Assembly (NCBI GenBank): GCA_013239625.1 | Contig: MU053493.1 | Span: 319,793 to 383,792, forward strand | From: Lama guanicoe | Lineage: Eukaryota | Length of the DNA stretch: 64,000 bases | Direction: 5' to 3' | The notes under the pieces: model-generated | What the model was told of the DNA's origin: nothing | Database searches by the model: none | What the model saw: the letters and a program-made list of their open reading frames with translations, nothing else | Part shown: one piece after another, positions 35,688 through 48,849 of the stretch | Position numbering within the stretch: position 1 is the stretch's first letter | Layout of the letters: each line of letters starts with the position of its first letter | Made by a program: the position numbers and the translations under genes

Positions 35688-38600
35688 TTTTTAAACATTT
35701 TTTATTAATTTATAATCATTTTGCAATGTTGTGTCAAATTCCAGTGTAGAGTACAATTTTTCAGTTATACATGAACATATATATATTCATTGTCACATTT
35801 TTTCTCTCTGAGCGTCCATAAGATTTTGTACATATTTCCCCGTGCTATACAGTATAAACTTGTTTATCTATTCTACAATTTGAAATCCCAGTTGATCCCT
35901 TCCCATCCCCCACCCCCCTTGGCAACCCCAAGTTTGTATTCTATGTCTATGAGTCTGTTACTGTTTTGTATTTATGTTTTGTTTGTTTGTTTGTTTTAGA
36001 TTCCACGTATGACCAATTTCATATCGTATTTTTGTTTCTCTTTCTGGCTTGCTTCATTTAGAATGCTATTCTCCAGGAGGAAACATGTTGCTCCAAATGG
36101 GGTTATGTTGTTGGTTTTTATGGCTGAATAGTATTCCATTGTATAAATACACCACTTCTTCTTTATCCAGTCATTTGTTGAGGGACATTTAGGCTGTTTT
36201 CATGTCTTGCCTATTGTAAATATTGCTGCTATGAACATTAGGGTGCAGGTGTCATTTTGGAGTAGGATTCCTTCTGGATATACGCTCAGGAGTGTGATTC
36301 CTGGGTCATATGATAAGTTTATTCCTAGTCTTTTGAGAAATCTCCATAGTTTTCTGCAGTGGCTGTACCAAACTACATTCCCAGTAGCAGTGTAGGAGGG
36401 TTACCTTATCTCCACAGCTTCACCAGCATTTGTCATTTGTGGATTACTGAATGATGGTCATTCTGAGTGGTGTGAGGTGATACTTCATGGTAGTTTTCAT
36501 TTGCAATTCTCCGATAATTAGTGATATTGAGCATTTTTTTCATGTGCCTATTGATCATATGTATGTCTTCCTTGGAGAATTGCTTGTTTAGGTCTTCTGC
36601 CCATTTTCACAATGGGTTGTTTGTTTTTTTCTTATTAGTTAGTATGAGCTGCTAGTATATTCTGGAGATCAAGCCTTTGTCAGTTTCATTTGCAAAAATA
36701 TTCTCCCATTCCATAGGTTGTCTTTTTGTTTTACTTATGGTTTCCTTTGCTGTGCAGAAGCTTGTAAGTTTCATTAGGTCCCATTTGTTTATTCTTGCTT
36801 TTATTTCTATTGCTTGAGTAGACTGCTCTAGGAGAACATTTTTGAGATGTATGTCAGATAATGTTTCGCCTATATTTTCTTCTAGGAGGTTTGTGGTATC
36901 TTGTCTTATGTTTAAGTCTTCAATCCATTTTGAGTTTATTTTTTGTATGATGTAAGGGAGTGTTCTAGCTTCATTGATTTACATGCTGCTGTCCAGTTTT
37001 CCAAACACCATTTGCTGAAGAGATTGTCTTTATTCGATTGTATATTCTTGTCTCCTTAGTCGAAGATTAGTTGACTAACAGTTTGTGGTTTCATTTCTGG
37101 GCTCTCTATTCTGTTCCATTGGTCCATATGTCTGTTTTTGTGCCAGTACTATGCTGCTTTGATGACTGTAGCTCTATAGTATTGTCTGAAGGCTGGGAGA
37201 GTTATTCCTCCAGACACTTTCTTTTTCTTCAGTAATTCATTGGCAATTCTAGGTCTTTGATTGTTTCATATAAATTTCATTTGATATGTCCTGGGTAAAT
37301 TGAGAGAGATTGCATTAAATCTGTAGATTGCCTTGAGTAGCGTGACCATGTCAAAAATATTGATTCTTCCTATCCAGGAGCATGGGATATCTTTCCATTT
37401 TTTAAAGTCTTCTTTAATTTCCTTCATCAATGGTTTAAAGCTTTCTGTGTATAATTTTTTCACCTCCTTGGTTAGATTTATTCCCAGATAATTTATTACT
37501 TTGGGTGCTATTTTAAAGGGGATTGTTTCTTTACTTTAATTTTCGGTCATTTACTCGTTATTGTAAAGAAATGCAACTTATTTTTGAACGTTAATCTTGT
37601 AAACTACTACCTTGCTGAATTCTTCGATCAGCTCTAGTAGTTTTTATGTGGACCTTTTAGGGTTTTCTATATATAGTAACATGTCAATGGCATATAGTGA
37701 CACTTTTACTTCTTCTTTTCAAATTTGTATCCCTTTTATTTCTCTCTGTTGCCTGATTGCTGTGGCCAGGACTTCCAAGCCTATGTTGAATAGGAGTGGT
37801 GATAGTGGGCATCCTTGGCTTGTTCCAGATTTTAGTGGGAAGCTTTTGAGTTTTTCACCATTGAGTGTATGCTGATTGTAGGTTTGTCATATATAGCTTT
37901 TATGATGTTGATATACGTTCCCTCTATACACACTTTGGTGAGAATTTTTATCATAAATGGGTGTTGAGTATTATCAACTGCTTTATCTGCATCTATTGAG
38001 ATGATCATGTGGTTTTTGTCCTTTCTCTTGTTGATATGATGTATTACATTGTCTGATTTCCATATGTTGAACCACCCTTGTGTCCCTGGGATGAACTCCA
38101 CTTGGTCATGGTGTATAATCGTTTTTATGTGTTCTTGGATTCTATTTGCTAGTATTTTGGTGAGGATTTTTGCATCTCAGTTCATCAGTGTTATTGGCCT
38201 ATGATTCTCTTTCTTTCATAATGTCTTCCTGGTTTTGGTACCAGGGTGATGCTGGCTTCATAGAATGAGTCTGGGAGTATTCCCTCCTTTTCAATCTTCT
38301 GGAAGAGTTTGAGAAAGACTCGCTTGAGTCCTTCTTTGTATGTTTGGTAGAATTCCCCGTTGAAGCAGTCTGGTCCTGGACTTTTACTTGTAGGGAGGTT
38401 TTTTATTGCTATTTCAATTTCATTTCTAGTGATCGGTTTGTTTAATTAGTCAGTTTCTTCTTGGTTCAGTCTTGGTGGACAGTATGTTTCCAGAAACTTG
38501 TCCATCTCCTCTAGGTTATCTAGTATGTTTCCATATAGTTTCTCATAATATTCTGGTGTGATACTAAGTATTTCTATGTTATTTGTTACAATTTCTCCAT

Positions 38601-41600
38601 TTTCCTTTCTTATTTTGCTAATTTGTGCTCTCTCTCTCTCTTTTTTCTTTCTCTGTGAGTTTTGCCAGAGGTTTCTGGATTTTACTTACTTTTTCAAAAA
38701 AACAGCTTTTGGTTTGGTTGATTTTTTCTATGTTCTTGTTAATCTCTATTTTATTTGATTCCTCCCTAATCTTTATATTTTCTTTCCTTCTGCTGCCTTT
38801 TGGGGTTTTTTTNNNNNNNNNNNNNNNNNNNNNNNNNNNNNNNNNNNNNNNNNNNNNNNNNNNNNNNNNNNNNNNNNNNNNNNNNNNNNNNNNNNNNNNN
38901 NNNNNNNNNNNNNNNNNNNNNNNNNNNNNNNNNNNNNNNNNNNNNNNNNNNNNNNNNNNNNNNNNNNNNNNNNNNNNNNNNNNNNNNNNNNNNNNNNNNN
39001 NNNNNNNNNNNNNNNNNNNNNNNNNNNNNNNNNNNNNNNNNNNNNNNNNNNNNNNNNNNNNNNNNNNNNNNNNNNNNNNNNNNNNNNNNNNNNNNNNNNN
39101 NNNNNNNNNNNNNNNNNNTTTTTTCTCCTTGTTTCTCTGTTGTTGATTTCTAGTTTCATGGCATTGTGGTCAGTAAAGATGCTTGAGATAATTTCTATCT
39201 TCTTAAAATGGTTGAGGTTTCTTTTGTGTCCAAGTACATGATCAATCCTAGAAAATATTCCATGTGCACTTGAAAGGAATGTATATCCTATTTTGGGGTG
39301 ATGTAATGCTCTGAAAATATCCACTGAATCTAATTTTTCTATTGTATTATTTAGTTTCTCTGTTGCCTTATTTATTTTCTGTCTGGAAGATCTGTCTAGT
39401 AATGTTAATGTTGTGTTAAAATCTCCAACTATGATTGTATTCCCATCAATACCCCCTTTATCTCTGTTTAATTGTTTTATGTAGTTATGTGTTTCTATAT
39501 TGGGTGTACATATATTAACGAGTGTCCTATCCTCATCTAGTATCACTCCTTTAATCATAAAATTTATCTTTTTTTTATAGCCTTTGTTTTAGAGTCTATT
39601 TCATCTGAAATCACTACTACATCTGCTTTTTGGCTTTTCCATTTGCATGGAATGTCCTTTTCTATCCTTTCACTCTCAATCTATATGTGTCCTTCTCCCT
39701 ATAGTGGTTCTCTTGTATGTAGCATATTGATGATTCTTGCTTTATTATCCAGTCTGCCACTCTATGTCTTTTGATTGGAGCATTTAGTTCATTAATATTT
39801 ACAGTAATTAATGATAGATGTGTGTTTATTGCCATTTTGAACTTATCTTTGCTGTTGGTTTGGTATTTCCCCTTTGTTCCTTTCTTCTTCCTTTTGTGGT
39901 TTGGTAATTTTCCTTTGTATTATCATGGATTTTATTTAGTTTTTGTGACTAACTTGCAAGTTTTTGGCTTGTGGTTATCCTTTTTTGTAAGTCTATTAAC
40001 TCATTACTATAACTGCTTGTATTAAACTGATAGTAATATAATCTCAAATCCATCCTACCAAGAACAAAATATTTTAAAAAGAAAAAAAAAAGTACTCTAT
40101 ATGCTTTGCTTCCATCTTCCACTCTTAATGATTCAGATGTCTTCTTTTACAATTTCATGTTTATCTTATTTGTAATTCATGAGTTATCACCTTTTCAGTT
40201 ATGAGTTTTTCATTTCTTTAGCATCCTGCTTGTTTTCTATTTAGAGTAGAACTTTCAATATCTCTTTTAGCATGGGTTTAATGTTGCTAAACTCTTTTAG
40301 TTTTTGCTTGTCTGTGAAATTCTTTATGTCTACTTTTATTCTAAAGGCTAGCCTTGCTGGATAAAGTATCCTAGGCTACATCTTTTTTTCATTCAGGAAT
40401 TTGAATATATCTTACCACTCCCTTCTGGCCTAGTGTTTATGTAAAAAATCAGCTGAGAGCATCATAGGGGTTCTCTTGTAACTGACTCTTTGTTTTTCTC
40501 TTGCTGCCTTTAGATTCATATATTTATCCTTAACTCTGGCCATCTTCATTATGATATGTCCTGCTGTGGGTCAGTTCAGTTTGTTCCTGTTTGGGACCCT
40601 CTGAGCTTCATGTACTTGGATATCTGATTCCTTCTTTAAGTTTGTGAAGTTTTCATTCATGATTTCTTCCAATACCTTTTCAACCCCTTTTGATCTTTCT
40701 TCCCCTTCTGGGACCCCTATTATGCAAAGATTGGCATGCTTCATATTATTCCATATGTCCCTTATGTTGTTTTCATTTGTTTTTATTTGTTTTTATCTCA
40801 GCAGTTCTGATTGGGTGCTTTCTGTTGTCCTGCTTTCTAGGTCACTTACTCATTACTCTGCATTATGTAGTCTGCTTTGCTCAGCCTTTAGATCATTTCT
40901 CATCTCATCGAATGAGTATATCAATTCTACTTGGCTCTTGTTTATAGCTTCAATTTCATTTTTGACATATTTTATATCTCTAAACAACTTCTTTTAGTTC
41001 CTTCAGTACTTTGATCACTCCTTTGTTGAAATCTTGATCTAGTAGGCTATCGATGTCTATTTCATTGAGTATTCTTTCATTGAATTTCTCTTGTTCTTTT
41101 AATTGGGAGTAGTTTCTCTGCTTCATCTTGCTCATATCTCTCTTGCACTTTGGCTTATGGAGTATCAGTTACCTACTTTGGTCCTTGAGGAGTTTATTTA
41201 TTTGTCTATCTAATGCCTATATTGTAATAAAGCTTAAAAAAGAGAGACAGAGAGAAAGAGAATTTCAAAAGAAGGGAGAAAAAAGTTTTGCAAACAGTGT
41301 ATAATCAATTATAGAAGAGCAATTTGATTCAGACTAGCAATCGAGTTGAGACGTCTTTTTAAAAATCCTTATAAAAAAAGGGAAAAAGATCAAAGAACAA
41401 TATTTGAAACCTCTGTATAATCAGTAACAGGAGATCAAAACCAAAGGATTTGAAAATGAAATCAGATGGATTTTTAAAAAATAATAATTATTACTTTAAA
41501 AGAAAAAAATTTAAAGGAATTAAAACTAAAAGCAGTTACAGTTGTTTAGAAAGTAGAAATTAAAAAGGTAATAGAAAGTAGAACAGATAAAAAGATATAT

Positions 41601-43216
41601 TAAAGACAGAATCTAAAAAACAGGGAGTAGAAAAACCTTTGAAAACAGCTTATAATGCATAATAAAAGAGCAAGTTGAAGCAAAACTGCAGTCGGGTTGA
41701 GAAGTCTCTTAAAAATCTTTAAAAAAGTAGAAAAGAGAAAAAAATATATTTGAAACCTGTGTATAATCAATAACTGAAGATCAAAACCAAGAGAAATAAA
41801 AATGACATGACATGGGTTTTTTAAAATAATAACATTATTTTAAAAGAAAAAATAAAAAGAGATTAAAACAGGGAGTGTATATATTTGTTTAAAAAGTAAA
41901 AATTAAAAATATAATAGAAAATAGAACAGGTAAAAATAGATTTTATAAAACTGGGAGGTGTTCTGGAGACTGTGTGCTCTTAATGAGAAGGCTTTCTGTC
42001 TTTGCCCTGTTTCACGAACTCAGCTTCCTGTTTCCAGAAGCCCTTTGTTGGCACCCTTGTCTGTGCTGCTCCCAGTGCCTATTGACAAGCAGATCATGCC
42101 CCCTCCCAACACTGGGTTAGGTGCAGCTCTCCTTCGCTGTGGGAGGTCAGGTCACTGCCACTCCCAATGCAGAAGTCAGATTTTGCAGACTAGCCAGGTG
42201 TGCAGGAGGATCATGCACCCTCCCAGCACTGCAGTCAGGTACAGCATTCCTGCTAGGAAGGCGGGTGGCCACCCACCATCTCCCAGCACCAGTTGCACGG
42301 CAGCTCTGTGCTGCCGTGTGGTCCACCTGAGGTCGGCGCCTCAGACTCGGGCTCAGGGAAGACCGTGGAACAGCCCCACCCCTGCTCTGTGCCCAAATTA
42401 AGCTCCTTGTTTGTCTTGGCAGCGGGAATTCTGTGAGGTACTAGGGCAGAAAGATCCTTTGTGCCTCAGGCTGTAAATAAGTCACTGTCTGGCTTTTGAG
42501 GCTGCTGAGCCCTTAGGTGCAGATTCAGGTTTCACCCCGCCCCCACCTGGGTGCTAAGTGTCAGAGGATATGGAGGCTGTGCCTGAGCCCCACCTCTCTT
42601 CACCCAAAAACTTTCTGTGGGTTCTCAGAAATGGGGATATGCACAATTCCCCACTGGGCACATCAGGTGTGTTGTTTTATGGAGGGCCAAGGTTGTTCTG
42701 CTCTGTGCACCCACTCATCCACGGCACACAGCATACTGCAATACCCTGGGGCTGCCTCAGTGCAGCCACCCCTGCCCTCTGCCAGGTTAGGCAGCCTGGT
42801 CTGTCCCCCAGCTGCTGGCTTGTGTCTCGGACTGTGTGTTGCAGGGACCCTCTGTGCCCATTTAACTTAGTTCTGTCAATCAAGAGGTGCTCTATACAGA
42901 TCCAAGCCTCAGAGATTCTCTCTCCATCCCCCTGGCCTCTCCTTTGAAGAGATGGAGACCCAGGAAATGAACACTAGTCCTCCTTTGCCACTCCCTCCCC
43001 ATATGACTGGTCCCACACTATTTTGCCTTTTCATCCTTCTTTTTTCCTTTTCTTCTACCAGATTTTGGCGTCTTTGTCTTTTGAAGAGAACGATGTCCTG
43101 TTGGAGTTCCACAGGTGCTCTGGGTGGCCGAGTGGGTCCGTAGATGTGGGTCTTGGTGTATTTGTGAGAGAGGGTCAGCTATGAGCATCCTACTACTCTG
43201 CCATATTGGCCTCTTC
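35688..43216 (-). mobile_element. LINE-1 copy D, full length (contains N gap); defective
   Basis: 5' end at ~43216. ORF1 41135-40241, ORF2 from 39835 (EN ORF 38773-39558). 3'UTR and T-rich tail at 35688. Degenerate TSD TGGTTTATCTCTACA (35673-35687) / TGATTTATCTTTATG (43217-43231). Confidence 0.97.
38813..39118. other. Assembly gap (306 N)
   Basis: Run of N inside L1 ORF2; the flanks are collinear with copy A positions ~215-465. Confidence 1.
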
Positions 43217-43509
43217 TGATTTATCTTTATGTATTTATCTGAACTGTGTTTTTGACAAATGGGATAAATAATGGTCCCTTTTAACCAATATTTGTGGAGG
43301 AGACTTTCAAGATTTCCTTTTGCCCTGAAATGTAATCTGATGGAGGCCATGGATAAAATTTTAGGCCAGTGATGAGGACACATATGGTAACTACCTAGAT
43401 GTCTCCAAAACCCAACTCAGTGGGCAAGACACTATGTTCCCAAGTAACATTTTTTTCTCACTTCACCCTCACTTTGCTACTGCCAACTACAGAATTCTCA
43501 CTTTCTTTC

Positions 43510-43953
43510 TGTTTCTACAAGAATGAAGTCACTGGCTACTGATGTCACTGAACTTCAACACAACTTGAAAGGATTTCAGGGTGTAGATCATGAATAAGGC
43601 ACCCTGTGCTTTGTGGAAAACTGGCAGGACAGACTTTCAGATAGTTATTCTCAGGAAAAGAGTTTATTAACCCAATTTCTTGAATTTCTCATATCTGGAA
43701 AAGCACTAAAAATCATTGATGAAGACATTTGCTCTTCATGGCTAACAGCAGCATTCTTATGGCTAGCAGTCACTTTCTGCCAAAATGTGTGCTTGACTGC
43801 AGTCACCCTCCTTCACCAAAGTCATATGTTTACTGTCCTCCCCCCTTACCTCTTCAGAGCATTTCTGCAGAGCTATCTAAGAGGCTGTCCCTCATTTTGT
43901 CCCAAATAAAACAGAATTCACAATTCTCATATTGCACATTTTCTCAGTCAAAA
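43510..43953 (+). mobile_element. ERV1 LTR (MER41/MER57-like)
   Basis: TG start (approximate); CCCCCTTACCTCTTCAGAGCA...CCCAAATAAAAC...TTTTCTCAGTCAAAA end, followed by PBS-like TTTTGGTG. Confidence 0.6.
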
Positions 43954-46290
43954 ATTTTGGTGTTCCAATGAAAGAACTAAGAGCAGACTCCTCTCCATCA
44001 CTTGAACTCTATAAGGAACCAGAGCTTGGTACCAGCAAAGGCCTCTTATGCCCATCTGCCTTCTTGGAAAGTCCTGACAAATTTGGTAGAATCTCTCCTG
44101 GTTTTCAGGCCTCCTGTATTGCTTGATGATCCTGAGGTTTATTTTGTGGTGTATAACAGGTGCTGGACCCCTGATTCAAAAGATACTGGAAGAGTGCTCA
44201 ACTAATTAAAAGATACTGAGCGGAGCCTGGTTGAAAGACAGTGGGCTTTGCTTAGTTGAAAGACGTCGAGTTTTCTGGGCTGAGTGGTTGTGTAGAAGGC
44301 TGATCTGACACATTTCCTGAATTCAGGTGCCTTATTAGAATTTGTTGGAATAAAAATTAAGATACTACATGAGATCTTCGCTCTGAAGAAGATTGGCAAG
44401 ACTCCTCCCAGTTGGGTATGGCTTTCTCATACAACTGAGAAATTTATGGGAGCAGTGGATGTAGAGTCCTTGTACTGTGTAGTGATCCAACAGGAAAATC
44501 CATTAATTAATTAATTAAAATATTTACTCATTCAGAGATCACATACAGGAATTGAACAATCAGTGATCTGAGCACCCAAGGTGGTCTTTTAGAACCCAAG
44601 GTGGTCTTAGACCACAAAAGGGAAAAATCAAGACACATAAGAAAGTGGAAATGAGTCTCAGGTGATGTTTAGAGGAATTCAGCCCATAAGTAGCACAATG
44701 GTCCACCACATAATTCCATTAGTTCATCTTATCCATGACATATTCAACTTAAAATGGGAAATAGAGCCTCTGAAACAGAGAAATGAGGGGTGTCAGAAAG
44801 CCAGCCTCCAACTAGCACTCCAGTCAGATTTATGTATGTACAAAAAGTATACTTACAAGTACTTAATTGGGAATTAAAAATCTTGCACTGAAAATGGCCA
44901 ATATGAGCTCTTTTACTGTATACAGAGTTCTTAGAGAAAGCTGGCTTGATACAAAATCTTTTCAAAATTCTGACTCTGAGGGAACAATCTTTCAAGGAAA
45001 AACTGTTTTACTTACCCTGTGCCTTGAGATGCAAATACCCTACCAGGGCTTCCAGGAACACATCTTATCTGTATCATTTCTAATTCTGACACTGAAGGGG
45101 AAAATGGGGGAAATAGTCCATTCAAATTTAACTTATTACAGCTGTAATTTATAAACTAGTGAGTTTTACATTGTAATACCTAATTCATGGCTATGTTTAA
45201 AAGGAACCTATGAGATTTCTGGTTGTGCATATATATCTTTAACTTTGGATAGTATTACCAAAATTAATTTGCAAGTGAACTCTACTTAATTGGCTTAATG
45301 GAAATTAAGCAGCCATATAAATTCTCAGAATTATAAAGGGAAACTGATCAGAATGAATTTCAGGTACATGTGAACTGGGAAATTGTCAATATCAAATTAA
45401 TACCTGGTAATAAATTTTGTTGAATTAATTAATATAGATATTTAGAATCATCAACATAATAAGTATAATACTTTTAATGTACCTAGTTTTAGCCAAAATC
45501 AAATAAGATTATATCTATTGCCAATTTGTCAGCAAAAAATATAACTTGGTATGATGCAATTTTATAAGTAAATTAAATATAAATGAGATAAGGGCTTTAG
45601 GATGAACTCTTCAGGAATAATCATATTTTAGGAATTTCTACTTAAAATAATCTCTCCAGATATTTGGTAACTTGAAATTTTAGAGTCACACTAAATTAAG
45701 TTAAAGGATGGGCATTTACTGAGTAGTTAGGCCATTCTCATAAAATATATTAAAATGTTAATTATTGAATATAGGATTCCTTTTACAGAGAAACTACTAA
45801 TATTTAGGACTTTTATTAAACTTCATTTTTGAACTTTTTTTTAATTTGAGGGGAATTTAATTAAGCTTATTTATTTATTTTTGATGGAAGTTATGAGGAT
45901 TGAACCCGAGAGACCTCATGCATGCTAAGCACATTCTCTACAATTGAGCTATAACTTGACCATAGGAATATTAATACATATGTTTGAGGCCACACTTAGA
46001 TATTTTCTATAAGAAAACACAACTTTTTAGAAATTATCATTGGTATTTATGTTTGCCAATCTACAAAATGCTAATGTAAAAGATGGTTCACAATTACTTC
46101 TTAGGTTTCACTAGAAATCAAGGTTTTTAAGAGTTGAAGATTCTAATTTAAATATGTAATTAAAGCTACTGCAAATAATAAGGGAATTATTTCAGTACAC
46201 AGTAGCAAAGTGTGATGTATGCTTTTAATAAAAGAAGGCATGAGAAATGGAATTGCATTTTTTTAAGTAAAAATAAAATAATTTTGTACT
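43954..46290 (+). mobile_element. ERV1 non-coding internal region following the 43510 LTR
   Basis: Starts TTGGTG after the LTR. AT-rich blocks partly similar to 52223-54529 (e.g. GGTAACTTGAAA...TTA(G/A)AGT...CTAAAT). Confidence 0.55.
45820..45961 (-). mobile_element. tRNA-derived SINE, Vic-1 type (camelid)
   Basis: Minus strand reads TATAGCTCAATTGTAGAGAATGTGCTTAGCATGCATGAGGTCTCTCGGGTTCAATCCTCATAACTTCCATCAAAAATAAATAAATAAG (A box, B box GTTCAATCC). Degenerate TSD TAGGAC/TAGGAA...TATTAA. Confidence 0.85.
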
Positions 46291-46294
46291 TAGT

Positions 46295-48825
46295 TATCCA
46301 TGAGTGACAGCTAGGCCATGATGCAAAATCCTAAATGCCTGTTCTATAATTCATCTACAGGACTGCCGCAGCTTCAAGCAGCAATCACATCTGTCATTGA
46401 AACTCCAGACACTCTTGGATCTGCTGGAACTTATGGTCCATATGGTAGAGTGGTCAGAAGTACAGCCTGGGCATGTTGCAGAACCATCCCTCATTCTGGA
46501 TGCTCCACCAAACTAGTGGGCTTTCTGGTTATCCATAAACGAGGCAGAGAAATACACTCAAATAAGGAATATGTGGCCTCTAATATCCAAAGAGCCCCAA
46601 TCAGCATGATGCATCTTTCTTGGTTGTAGGAAGGGCCAGATCATACAACACTTTACTTTGAAATGGATATATGGGCATGCCCTAATCCTTAGAACTCTAT
46701 AAATTTTAATCACTTAGAAGTCCCATGAATTTTAGTTGAGTGTATTCCCCAGATACATATATGTCTTACCAGTCAGACTGAAGTGGTCATTCTTCCTGCT
46801 TCAAAGAGCCATTTAGCATAATGTTATCAATAAAGTGAACAAGTATAGTATCTTGTAGAAGGGAATGATTATCACTGTGTCACAAGCTGTAAAGATGATA
46901 TTCCCCAGACTTAGGATGTAAAGGTGTATTACTGACCTTACCACCTAAAAGGAAACTGCTTCTGGTAAACCTTATGGACAAGTTGGAGAAAAAGGCATGT
47001 GCCAGATCAATAGCTACTTAGTGACTACCTTGAGGTGTATGAATTTGTTATCTAATGAAACACATCTGGCTAAGATTTCCTTAATCCACTATTACTCATA
47101 AATTTCCTCTGTCTTCTGCACAGACCACATAGAAGATTTTAGGGGATGTGTTCAGAATTATAACCCATACATCCTTCGAGTCCTTAATGGAGGCACAGGC
47201 CATTGCAATTCCTCCATGAATGTTGTACTGCTTTTGATGTTAAATAGAGGCAGTTCAAATGAATCCCATGTGGCCTTGCAAAATATCAGCACCCTTCCGA
47301 TTGAGGAACCAGTGAGAGGATTCTGTTAGCTTCTAAATATCTCTATTCCAATTATATACTCTACAGCTGGCAATGGATGCAAGATGAGTTAGGATAACTG
47401 TTGGACTTTCTGTGACATGGAATTGAGCTGAAACATCATTGATCATCTGACCTCCATAAACCCCTCCTTTTAGCAATGGGCAGTAATGTTTTGATTCTCC
47501 TAAAGGCAATGTCAAACACAGCCAATACCCAAGTAGTCCTTGATGTGTTTAATTACATCACTCACCCTCCCATCAAGTGCAGTTACCCTGGCAAATTGCA
47601 GTAGATCCCTTTCAGGAAGGCTAGGAGCAAGACTAACAGTATAATTTTTTATTACTGAAATAATGTCCTTTTGGAAGGAATTCATTCCCTTTCATTCAAG
47701 GGTCTCTAGGTCTATAAATTGGCCCATGTCATGGAACTGATTGAGAGGCTATGACTATTTTTATGATTCATGTTACACTTTTCTTCACTTTGATCATAAT
47801 GTTTCTGCTTGTGCAGATTTAGTGATATTTAATTAGGTTCCCTGTTTCCTTCACTTTTAGGAACACCATGATAAATTAGCCAACATCATATGCCTGTACA
47901 AACCAGAATATTAACATTGCTGCTTTTCTTCTTCTGCTCACTATAGAAACTATTCCTACCTTGAATTAGGTGGCTAAGTCATGCCATTTTTTCTGATACC
48001 CCATGATCCAATTATGCACAGTGTATGTAGATTTTTCAATTTAGCAGATTTTCCAATTCAGCAGATTTTCCAATTCCTACTGAGAGTTCCATCCAACAAA
48101 GAAAAGAAAACACAGAGATCTTCAAGGTGCATGACCGCCTCTCAAAATTATTTCTCATATAATTGGCAAAAGGTGGTCTTCAGGACCATCCTATTGTAAG
48201 TAAATAGGTCTTCAACGACAAATACATAGTTACATTACAGTGTTTCTAAGATTTTGAGCACCTTCCTCTATGTTAAACCAAGTAAGAATAAATATACCCA
48301 GTTTCCACATCATGGGCCATCTTTTTATCCACATTTTTGTCCATAATTTTGTCATAAAAAACAATTGGTTGGATTCCTTTCTAACTCCAAATACCACAAC
48401 AGCAAATGGACAATCTCTGACTTATGGGCCTATACAAGTTAATTGGGACTGATTCAAATTTATATTACTTCTACCATTATATCCCACAATCATAAAGTAC
48501 ATTCCCACACATATTCCCCAGATTCCTCAATACACACACACACACAATCAAGTAGTTATTTTGCAGTGTCCATACCTCCTCATTGGTTACGTTTTGTAAA
48601 CTCACCTTTAGTGGCTTACAGGGACCTGAGTCTAGTCAAAAGTGGCCACTGCCTCAGGAGATGATATTACTGTTTTCCTGTTTAATCAGGGTTAATATCC
48701 TCAGACTGGGGTAGAAAGGCTGATACCATGGTGAATTAGGAGACCGGTACCACTTGAGATGGAGATGAGAAACCCAATAATACAGGAGAACTCACTTCCA
48801 CTGTGTATGGTGAGACAATTTGCAC
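46295..48825 (-). mobile_element. ERVL-class internal region (degenerate gag, protease, RT)
   Basis: Minus-strand protease-like site at ~47500-47540 (GLLDTG..LTL-like; ORF 47333-47515 TLPLGESKHYCPLLKGGVYGGQMIND), then RT-like sequence (KQYNIHGGIA..., QKQFPFRW). Confidence 0.75.
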
Positions 48826-48849
48826 TGGAAAAAAAATACTCCTGATCAT

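Noticed and set aside
38625..39558. Long ORFs spanning 38625-39558
   Set aside because: Their length is an artefact of translating through the 306-N gap.
45890..45955. tRNA-like sequence as a real tRNA gene
   Set aside because: Degenerate stems, an A-rich tail and a TSD show it is a SINE.
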